Assembly: GCA_964631855.1 (NCBI GenBank)
Contig: CAZWAM010000005.1
Coordinates: 17,858-56,981, forward strand
Length of the DNA stretch: 39,124 bases
From: an uncultured bacterium
Lineage (GTDB): Bacteria > RBG-13-66-14 > B26-G2 > WVWN01
Direction: 5' to 3'
Made by a program: the position numbers and the translations under genes. Position 1 is the first letter of the stretch. The number at the start of each line of letters is the position of its first letter. Positions 8,412 to 15,962 of the stretch are shown piece by piece. The notes under the pieces were generated by a model. That model was not told where the DNA came from, did no database searches, and saw nothing but the letters and a program-made list of their open reading frames with translations.

Positions 8412-9017
8412 ATGAAGAAGTCTACAAAGAAATCTCCCAAGAAACTGCGCCTCCTCGACAAGATCTTGTGCCTCGAGGGGGAGTGGTCCGCGGACATCCG
8501 TAGCGAGGAATCGGTTAAGCCGTTGCTGCAGACGCTACACTGGCGAGGCGAGATCAAGTACATATACCGGCGGTGCGGGACGAAGTCGGAGTTCGCCTAC
8601 TACCTGCGCCAGAAGAAATATTATCGCGACTGCCAAATCGTATACCTCTCCTTCCACGGCGCCCGCGGTAAGCTCAAGATATCCCCTGAAGAGGTAATAA
8701 CGTTGGCCGAGATAGCTGACCTCGCCCAGGGCGCGTTTAAGAACAAGCTCGTCTATTTCGGGAGCTGTAAGACGTTGAAGGCCGTCGACGAGCAGCTCAC
8801 GGAGTTTTTGAAAAGAACGGGGGCCGCGGCGGTGGCCGGTTATACCAAGGACGTGGGGTGGGTGGAGTCGAGCGCCTTCGAGCTCTTGTTCCTCTATTGG
8901 GCGGCGTACTACAAAAAGCCGGCGTACCTTCTGCGAAGGTTGGCCTCCCGTTACGCGCGCTTGCAGAAACTGATGGGTTTTAAGTATTACACGAGGCGCG
9001 GGCCGAGGGTGGCTTAG
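8412..9017 (+). CDS. DUF6642-like protein (caspase/CHAT-like fold)
   Basis: CLEGEW, YLSFHG, VYFGSCKT, GYTKDVGWVES. Confidence 0.7.
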   Translation: MKKSTKKSPKKLRLLDKILCLEGEWSADIRSEESVKPLLQTLHWRGEIKYIYRRCGTKSEFAYYLRQKKYYRDCQIVYLSFHGARGKLKISPEEVITLAEIADLAQGAFKNKLVYFGSCKTLKAVDEQLTEFLKRTGAAAVAGYTKDVGWVESSAFELLFLYWAAYYKKPAYLLRRLASRYARLQKLMGFKYYTRRGPRVA

Positions 9018-9024
9018 CGTGCGG

Positions 9025-9048
9025 AGCGCCCCGCCGGGCGCTTTTTTT
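9025..9048 (+). terminator. intrinsic terminator
   Basis: AGCGCCC-CGCC-GGGCGCT-TTTTTT. Confidence 0.85.
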
Positions 9049-9148
9049 ATTTAAACACGTATATCGCTTGCTCGTCGCCGGCGGCGAGCGGCGTGCCCGC
9101 GAAATCGCCGTAGCCGGCTTCGACCGTCAATCCCGCGGCCGCGGCCAG
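9047..9148 (-). pseudogene. 3' remnant of a class I SAM methyltransferase-like gene
   Basis: LAAAAGLTVEAGYGDFAGTPLAAGDEQAIYVFK*; no canonical start upstream of this segment before the VOC stop. Confidence 0.5.
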
Positions 9149-9241
9149 GCATATTCCTCCGACGCCGACAATAAAAAATATCCGGTCTTTTTGCCCGTCG
9201 GCTTTATTTGCGGCTAATTTTAATGGTAGCGCTTCGGGCCG

Positions 9242-9604
9242 TTAACCCTTCTTCGCCGACTCCCACAGCGCGGCGACGCCGCCCGCCGAGTCCTGGAATA
9301 CGGCGTACCAGCCCATGTCGCCGACGGCGGTTTTACCCTTAACCACTTTGCCGCCTGCGGCCTCGACTTCCTTGGCCTTGTCGTCGACCGAGGCGACGAG
9401 GATATACACCAGACAACAACCCTCCTCACAAGTGCACGGCTCTTTGACGAGGTTGAAGCCGCCGCTCGGTTCCGCCTCCGCCACCCAGGTCGCGTAATTC
9501 ATTTCCGGCATCAGCTCCACCTTCCATCCGAAGAGTGTCTCGTAGAACTCCTTGGATTTGGCGAAGTCGGTCGTCGGGATTTCGACGTGGCATATCTCGT
9601 GCAT
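9242..9604 (-). CDS. VOC/glyoxalase family protein (copy 1)
   Basis: CHVEIP..D..KSKEFY..LFGW, VYILVASVD, AAGGKV, GWYAVFQD; AAAGGAG SD. Confidence 0.92.
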   Translation of the reverse strand: MHEICHVEIPTTDFAKSKEFYETLFGWKVELMPEMNYATWVAEAEPSGGFNLVKEPCTCEEGCCLVYILVASVDDKAKEVEAAGGKVVKGKTAVGDMGWYAVFQDSAGGVAALWESAKKG

Positions 9605-9641
9605 AACAACTCCTTTCCCGAACGGTTGAGGTTAAATCGGT

Positions 9642-10520
9642 TTACTTAATGAATTTACCTTTTACCCACTCGAGCTGGCCGATGCCGAACCGGAAGTCGT
9701 CTCTCTTCTCGGCGTATTTTTCGGCGCCTTCGCGGAAAGCGGCGACGGCTTCCTCGTAACGGCCTTGCCCCGTCTCGGCGCCTTGGACCCATTCCGCTAA
9801 GCCGACGTAACCGGCGCCCAATATGACGACGAAGTCGCCCTCGGCCGACACGGCGGCGTCCTTTCCTTCCGCCTTAGCGTATTCTCGGGCATAATCGTAA
9901 GATTTCCGGAAATTTTCAAGCGCGTCGGCCGTCTCCCCGAGAGAGAGCAGGTGCATCCCTTTGGCCCAATAAGCGATCGAGAACGGGAGCGGCCCTTTTT
10001 TCAGCTCTTCGCGCCAACGGAGGCAATCCTCGGCGGCTTTGAGGCCCGCCTCGAAATGGCGGCGCTCCCGGGGTAGCGTGTCGCCCGGCCAGCACTCGGC
10101 CAGGTCCGCGGACAAATTATAGGAGAGAACGTTGGCGAAATCTAAGAGCTTAGCCGAATCCTCCGGGTCGGACGCCGCCTCGGCCTGCCGAATGCCCTCC
10201 GCGATACCCGCGTTCACTATATCGATGTAGCCGTCGAAGCTCTTGCCCTCCCACTCCCGGCCGTAGAAAGCCCGCTGGGCGAACGAATAGAGCTTACGCC
10301 TTTCCTCGTCGTTGAAGCCGCCCACGAAGTCGGCCACGGCGGCCGCGCCGCCGGTCTCCATCCTCGTCCGCATCTCGTCCCAGCGGTTTTCCGGGAACTC
10401 CTCTTTCGCGTTCATTTCGCTCCTTTCGGAATCGGTGTTTTCGGCGGCCGGTTCGTCGCCGTACGCGCCAACGAAGAACGCGCCCGCGAGAGCGGTTAAC
10501 CCAAGCGTAAATAACTTCAT
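9642..10520 (-). CDS. exported helical (TPR-like) hypothetical protein
   Basis: MKLFTLGLTALAGAFFVGAYG signal-like start downstream of a promoter; helical repeats; alternative start at 10415. Confidence 0.7.
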   Translation of the reverse strand: MKLFTLGLTALAGAFFVGAYGDEPAAENTDSERSEMNAKEEFPENRWDEMRTRMETGGAAAVADFVGGFNDEERRKLYSFAQRAFYGREWEGKSFDGYIDIVNAGIAEGIRQAEAASDPEDSAKLLDFANVLSYNLSADLAECWPGDTLPRERRHFEAGLKAAEDCLRWREELKKGPLPFSIAYWAKGMHLLSLGETADALENFRKSYDYAREYAKAEGKDAAVSAEGDFVVILGAGYVGLAEWVQGAETGQGRYEEAVAAFREGAEKYAEKRDDFRFGIGQLEWVKGKFIK

Positions 10521-10584
10521 TATCTCTACCTCGATCTCCGCGGTCAATATTCGGCCGTCAGTTCGGCTGGTCCTTTCGACGATA

Positions 10585-10613
10585 ACGTTAACGATGTATC
10601 GGAGGGGTGTCAA
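10585..10613 (-). promoter_or_regulatory. sigma70 promoter
   Basis: TTGACA, 17 bp, TAACGT; -10 lies within the palindrome TAACGTTA. Confidence 0.65.
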
Positions 10614-10652
10614 GGGACATTGGGGGACACGATGCGGAATGGCGATAACGGC

Positions 10653-10681
10653 TTGACGTAATCGCCGCCATAGCATATATT
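10653..10681 (+). promoter_or_regulatory. sigma70 promoter (divergent)
   Basis: TTGACG, 17 bp, TATATT; GTG10688 coincides with the expected start site. Confidence 0.65.
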
Positions 10682-10687
10682 TGCGGC

Positions 10688-10891
10688 GTGCGTAGGACCG
10701 ACACGGTTCGACTTGATACCCACTTCGTCGCGCGGAGCGTCGAGGTGCTGGGCGTCAAGCAGTGATGGCTCGCGCGGATGATCGGCGTTGACCGGAAGAC
10801 GGTCGGTCGGTGGTTGAGCGGAAAGGGTAAACGGATTGGCCGCCGCGGCCGCCGCAACCGACACCATTCCCCCCGCAACGCCGCGGCCTAA
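10688..10891 (+). pseudogene. XRE-type helix-turn-helix regulator, interrupted by TGA (10763-10765) and apparently truncated
   Basis: MRRTDTVRLDTHFVARSVEVLGVKQ*WLARMIGVDRKTVGRWLSGKGKRI... Confidence 0.7.
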
Positions 10892-10936
10892 GCGGCGCGC
10901 CTTGAAGTATTTCGTAACTATTAGCGGATTTACGTT

Positions 10937-11299
10937 TTAGTCCTTCTTCGCCGACTCCCACAGCGCCGCGACGCCGGCCGCCGAGTCCTGGAATACGGCG
11001 TACCAGCCTATATCGCCTACGGCCGTTTTCGCCTTGGTTACTTTTCCCCCGGCGGCCTCGACTTCCTTGACCTTGTCGTCGACGGAGGCGACGAGGATAT
11101 ACACCAGACAACAACCCTCCTCACAAGTGCACGGCTCTTTGACGAGGTTGAAGCCGCCGCTCGGTTCCGCCTCCGCCACCCAGGTCGCGTAATTCATTTC
11201 CGGCATCAGCTCCACCTTCCATCCGAAGAGTGTCTCGTAGAACTCCTTGGACTTGGCCAAGTCGGTCGTCGGGATCTCTACGTGGCAAATCTCGTGCAT
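10937..11299 (-). CDS. VOC/glyoxalase family protein (copy 2)
   Basis: 113/120 aa identical to 9242..9604. Confidence 0.92.
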   Translation of the reverse strand: MHEICHVEIPTTDLAKSKEFYETLFGWKVELMPEMNYATWVAEAEPSGGFNLVKEPCTCEEGCCLVYILVASVDDKVKEVEAAGGKVTKAKTAVGDIGWYAVFQDSAAGVAALWESAKKD

Positions 11300-11354
11300 A
11301 ACGACTCCTTTCCCAATATGGTTACGATAAGAAAGTCCGCTTAATAAATTAGAC

Positions 11355-13073
11355 TTAAGGTCCTGTTTCGCCGGCGAGTCCTTCCGCCGCGCTTGTCCCC
11401 CTTACGGGGTAAAGTTCCTTTTTTCGCAGGGCAACGGTGAAAGAGCCGCGGCGTTCAATGTCGTACATGTTTTCGAGGACCGTAATCGCCTTCCGGTATT
11501 CCAGGGCGCCTCGGTAGGGGTCGTGTATATAATAGGAATCGCGGAGGACGACCGCGCCCGTGTGCCGGTCGCGAACCGAGGAGCGGAACTCCTCGGCGTC
11601 CGTAAGGACGTCCTCGACCGCGACGTGCGGGTGGACGTACCCGTCGGCGAAGGCGACGTCGACGGGGACGACCAAATTCATATTTTCGGGAATAGTTTCT
11701 AACGCGGCCGCCGCGGCGGCCAAGCCGCGTTCGCCGTAGTTGTAGCGGTGCTCGTAGTCGGCGCGGGCCTGCCAGACGTCGAGGGCCGGCCCGGCGACGA
11801 CGGCCAGTATGACGAAAGACATCGCCCTCCCGCCCCGCCGCGTCATAACGATAAAGGCGATTACGGGCAGGACTACGAACGCGCCGGTAAGCGCCAGCGC
11901 TTTGTTGATTTCGCCGTAGGGCGCGAGCAGGACTTCCTTCGCCTCGCGCGCGACGTACGGCCAATAGAGGGGGTCCCGCACGGCGAGGAGGTAGTAGACG
12001 AAGGCGAGGCCGCCCAAAAAGATGAGGGTAAGCTTGGACTCTTTTGCCAGCGCCGGGCCGAAAGCGGAGCCCAAAGCCAGCGCGACGAGCGGCACCAGCG
12101 GCGCGTGGTATTTGACGAAGCCGTAGCCGTCGCCGCCGATAAACAGGTAGAAGAGCAAGATGACCGACGCGGCCGACGCGGCGTACGCCACGCCGGCGTC
12201 GACGCCCTTGAACCGTCGTGAGCTTTTTTGAATGAAGACGATGGCGAAGGTGAGGAGGAAAGGCAACCCGAGCCAAAGGACGAGCTTGAAGGCCCGCTTC
12301 AGGATAACGCCCGCGAACGCGCCGCCCGGCGCCGCGGCGCGCGAGAACGAGTGCTCGAGCGGCTCGAGCATAGGGAGGTTTTTAATTGCGCAATACGGGA
12401 CGAAATAGGCGGCGAACAGGGCCGCGCCGAGGGCGAGCGCGGCCAAAACGTAGGCCGCCCGGCCCGGGCGTCCCGCTACGAGATAGTAGATGACGAGTGC
12501 GGCTACGAGAAGCGGCGGCGTCGTGAGCTTCGCCATCAGCGCCACGCCGAACAACAGGCCGAGCCCGACCCAACCGCCCCGCCCGAGCTCAAAGCCGCGG
12601 CGGAGGAGGTACCACACGAAGGCCATAGTAACCAGCGGCAAGAGCGCCGTGTCTATCTCTACGAGCAGCGCCGACTGGATCGCAAGGGGGTGAAGGCCGT
12701 AGAGCACGACGGCGAGAAAAGGGCCCCACCGTTCGCCCGTTACTTTACGCGTTGCGAACCACAGTATTACGCCCGCGGCGTAGAAGGCCACGACGCCCAC
12801 GAGGCGCGCCGCCCAGGGTGCCTTGCCGGCTAGGCCGACGGGGACCGCGACCAATGAGTGATAGAGCAGCGGGTGGCTGAGGACCGCGTTCCACAACGAG
12901 CCGGAATAGCCCATGGGCCGGGCCGTACGGGAGAGCGAGAAAGCGACGTCCGCGAGTTGCGTCTCGTCGGCGACGAGGGGCTGGCCTATTTGAAGTAGGA
13001 GGAGGGCGCCGGCGCCGAGGGCGACCGCGGCGAGGAGGGTTGCGTAAAGCGCGGGATGGATTTTACCTTTCAG
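11355..13073 (-). CDS. GT-C (ArnT/PMT-like) membrane glycosyltransferase; start uncertain and non-canonical
   Basis: Frame is open 5' of Met12914 through TM1 and the ADE motif; HPLLYH, K-x-x-x-P, many TMs; CTG13073 follows AGAAGG. Confidence 0.75.
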   Translation of the reverse strand: MKGKIHPALYATLLAAVALGAGALLLLQIGQPLVADETQLADVAFSLSRTARPMGYSGSLWNAVLSHPLLYHSLVAVPVGLAGKAPWAARLVGVVAFYAAGVILWFATRKVTGERWGPFLAVVLYGLHPLAIQSALLVEIDTALLPLVTMAFVWYLLRRGFELGRGGWVGLGLLFGVALMAKLTTPPLLVAALVIYYLVAGRPGRAAYVLAALALGAALFAAYFVPYCAIKNLPMLEPLEHSFSRAAAPGGAFAGVILKRAFKLVLWLGLPFLLTFAIVFIQKSSRRFKGVDAGVAYAASAASVILLFYLFIGGDGYGFVKYHAPLVPLVALALGSAFGPALAKESKLTLIFLGGLAFVYYLLAVRDPLYWPYVAREAKEVLLAPYGEINKALALTGAFVVLPVIAFIVMTRRGGRAMSFVILAVVAGPALDVWQARADYEHRYNYGERGLAAAAAALETIPENMNLVVPVDVAFADGYVHPHVAVEDVLTDAEEFRSSVRDRHTGAVVLRDSYYIHDPYRGALEYRKAITVLENMYDIERRGSFTVALRKKELYPVRGTSAAEGLAGETGP

Positions 13074-13159
13074 CGCGGCGGACCTTCTTTTGAGGGATTC
13101 GCGTCGGCGGGGCGAGCGTTTCGCCTTTGTGCGCCGACGAATAGCGTCCGTTGGCCCGA

Positions 13160-13188
13160 TTTATAACACATCGGCGCCGGGTCTGCAA
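13160..13188 (-). promoter_or_regulatory. sigma70 promoter
   Basis: TTGCAG, 17 bp, TATAAA with extended TG. Confidence 0.55.
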
Positions 13189-13332
13189 TAAAAGACCGGC
13201 CAGGACGCCGGAAGCAGGGCCCGGCTCGAGGGAACGCTTCCCGCGCCCGGGCGGGGGCGGTAAATGTGTTTGCGCTCGCTTTCGTTTGTGTTATATTTTC
13301 ACGAGAAGAGGGATACGAGGAGGAACGAAGAT

Positions 13333-13887
13333 ATGGTTTGTAGAGTCTCGGCTGTTATTTTGTTGATGACGACGTTGGCCGCCTCGCCCGCGTTCGCCTG
13401 GCGTAAGTATACGGGCGAGTACAACCCGTCCACCGGCTGGCCCGGCGTCCGCGTTGCCGACGACGAGGGTCACGTAATCACGGTTATATCGTTCGTAACC
13501 CCCAACGTGACCTTCAGCGTCCCGTACATTACGCTCGAGGAGACGATGGACGAAAACGATATCGCGACGTGGAACGAGTTCGACAAGAAGCGGGACCCGG
13601 TCGTCGCGAAGCGGGTCAACGGCGCCGCCCAGGCCCTCAAAGTCTCCAAGTTAAAAATTTACGACTATCTCACGGAGGAAGCCTGGGAGAAGTGCGGCGG
13701 CCACTCCGCGTTCGTCAACCACCAGGTCCGTATTCTGTTGGGATACCTCAAAGGTCAGAAATATAAGAGGGTCGAAATTAAGGATTACGAGGTGGACCCG
13801 GCGATGATGGGCGTGGTTTTCGAGGTCGACCCCATAAAGGACATTACGGAAATGGGGCCGGTATGCTGGGGTTACTGGTATCCTTAA
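13333..13887 (+). CDS. secreted hypothetical protein
   Basis: GAGGAGG SD; signal peptide ending PAFA; coding-like GC3. Confidence 0.75.
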   Translation: MVCRVSAVILLMTTLAASPAFAWRKYTGEYNPSTGWPGVRVADDEGHVITVISFVTPNVTFSVPYITLEETMDENDIATWNEFDKKRDPVVAKRVNGAAQALKVSKLKIYDYLTEEAWEKCGGHSAFVNHQVRILLGYLKGQKYKRVEIKDYEVDPAMMGVVFEVDPIKDITEMGPVCWGYWYP

Positions 13888-13930
13888 TCTTGGTTTTAAT
13901 ATAGAGGGCCTTAGCGGCTGAAACTTTTCG

Positions 13931-15937
13931 GTGAAAGAATGGCGAAATAATTACGGCCGGTTCATCGGGTCCGTCGCGGGCGCGAGTTGTTTGGGCGGCA
14001 TCCTGGCCGGCGCGGGCGAGTACGTATTTGGCGCGGCGCTGGCGCGCGGCGCCTTTTGGGGTACGCCGAGGCAGTTTTTCCAATTGTCGTTTGGGGCGGA
14101 GGTTTTATGGGTGGCCGCGGTCAGTGTGCTCGTGTCTACGTTGGGGTGCTCGTTGTATTATTTTCGGGCGGCGAGGAAGGGGCGCGTGAGTCTCGTTTCG
14201 CCGGCGATATTCGTAATTTTAGTGGCGGCCTTCGGCGCCGCGACTTTTTATTCTTTGGCGACGGTCGACGTCTGGTGGTTTTACGGTAAGCCGAGAGTTG
14301 CGGTGGTAGCGGTATTCTTGTTCACGATTGCGGCGTGGTTTTGCGCGGTTTGGGGGACTTATTATATTATAAATAAAATCGTATCCCGTTCCGCCGCGGC
14401 GAAGCGTCTTTCGGTCGTCGTTTTAAGATTATTAACGCTGGCCTTATTGGCCCCGTTCGTCGTGGCCGACGTATGGGCGCTTTGGCATGCGCGCGGGGCG
14501 CCGCCGCCGCGGCCGGATATATACCTCGTCGTAATGGACGCGTTCCGCGCGGACCGGCTTAGTTGTTACGGCGCGGAACGGCGGCTGGCGCCAAACTTGG
14601 AGGAGTTCGCCGCGGATGCCGCCGTTTTCCGGGAGGCCTTCACCGTTTCGACGTGGACGAAGCCGGCCATAGTTTCGATTTTCACGGCCACTTACCCCGG
14701 CACCCACGGCGTTAACGCCCGGTATTTGGGGCTCCCGGCCGGTACGCGTACGCTGGCGGAGGTTTTGCGCGAAGGGGGTTATACGACCGTATGCGTTTCC
14801 GCAAACCCGAACGTGACCCGGCCCGCGCGGACGGCGGACGGCTTTGACGTCGTGGACAGCACCGGCGACGGGCCGATACTCGCCGCCGCGGGGCCCCCCG
14901 TATCGTGCGCCCGTCTTTTTAGAGTTTTCCCTTGGATGCGGCCGCATTTGGGGCCGCTTTGGAAATCGACGCAGGACGGCGTCGAGATGAACAGGAGGGT
15001 GAGGTTTTGGCGGCGGTTGGCAGGCGACCGGCCTAAGTTCTTTTTTATCCATTATATGGAACCTCATACGCCCAACCCTCCGCGCGCCGAGTACCTGGAC
15101 GAACTAAAACCGTTTTTGGATAAAGTCGACGAGAGCCGCGTCTGCGGAATCGAGTTGGGCAAATATTTCTTCGCCGACGTTGCGAGCGACCCCACCTTCG
15201 TCCCCGACTACGACGACGACGAGATCGCTTTGGCGCGGGCGTTGTACGACGCCGACATTCGCCTGATGGACGTCGTAATAGGGGACCTGCTCGAGGAAGT
15301 CGCTCCCGCCCCGGGGGGAGGACCCGAGCCGGTGATGGTCATTACCGCCGACCACGGCGAGGAGTTCTTGGAGCACGGGCGCTGGCTTCACGGCGCCGGC
15401 CTTCATTACGAGGTGGCGCGTATTCCGTTGCTGGTTCGCGTACCCGGTTGCCGCGCCGCGGCGCTCGAGGGCCCGGTAAATTTAATCGACGTTCCGGCGA
15501 CGTTGGTCTCGTTGGCGGGCGGCGAGGTCCCGCGCGATTGGGAGGGGTTGGATTTAACGTCGTACGTGAAGACGGGTTCGGCCTTGCCGCGTCGCGAGTT
15601 GCTTTTGGAGGGTATCCTCGAAATACTCACGCCCCCCTTCGAGGAGGGCGAAAACGCCGGGATCGAATTAAATGCCTTGGTCGCAGGAGGCTATTATTAC
15701 CTTAGGGATGAGAACGGCGAGGCGGAGTACTTGTACGACCGCGGCCGCGACCCCCGACAAGAGAACAACTTGGCGTCGGACGATAATCCTGACGATGCCG
15801 AGGAGGTGCTATCGCGCTGCCGGGACGCGTTGGCCCGCTGGAAACGGCGCGTTAGGAAAAGGGCTTTCGCGCGGGAAGAAGTCCGCCTGACGCCCGAGCT
15901 CGAGAGGCAGCTAAAGGCGTTGGGTTATATAATGTGA
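13931..15937 (+). CDS. membrane-anchored sulfatase-like hydrolase/transferase (paralog 1)
   Basis: About 5 N-terminal TMs; VMDAFRAD, TWTKPA..S.FT..YP.THG, HYMEPH, TADHGEE, HG, LKALGY. Confidence 0.88.
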   Translation: MKEWRNNYGRFIGSVAGASCLGGILAGAGEYVFGAALARGAFWGTPRQFFQLSFGAEVLWVAAVSVLVSTLGCSLYYFRAARKGRVSLVSPAIFVILVAAFGAATFYSLATVDVWWFYGKPRVAVVAVFLFTIAAWFCAVWGTYYIINKIVSRSAAAKRLSVVVLRLLTLALLAPFVVADVWALWHARGAPPPRPDIYLVVMDAFRADRLSCYGAERRLAPNLEEFAADAAVFREAFTVSTWTKPAIVSIFTATYPGTHGVNARYLGLPAGTRTLAEVLREGGYTTVCVSANPNVTRPARTADGFDVVDSTGDGPILAAAGPPVSCARLFRVFPWMRPHLGPLWKSTQDGVEMNRRVRFWRRLAGDRPKFFFIHYMEPHTPNPPRAEYLDELKPFLDKVDESRVCGIELGKYFFADVASDPTFVPDYDDDEIALARALYDADIRLMDVVIGDLLEEVAPAPGGGPEPVMVITADHGEEFLEHGRWLHGAGLHYEVARIPLLVRVPGCRAAALEGPVNLIDVPATLVSLAGGEVPRDWEGLDLTSYVKTGSALPRRELLLEGILEILTPPFEEGENAGIELNALVAGGYYYLRDENGEAEYLYDRGRDPRQENNLASDDNPDDAEEVLSRCRDALARWKRRVRKRAFAREEVRLTPELERQLKALGYIM

Positions 15938-15962
15938 GGGCCGGCGGGCGCGTAAACGCGGT

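Noticed and set aside
9051-9152. 33-aa Arg-rich minus-strand ORF after GGAGG
   Set aside because: SD spacing only 3 nt; composition typical of a shadow frame over the methyltransferase-like remnant
10670-10678. ATAGCATAT matching one half of the 1963-1987 operator
   Set aside because: Half-site only, in an AT-rich promoter; chance is plausible
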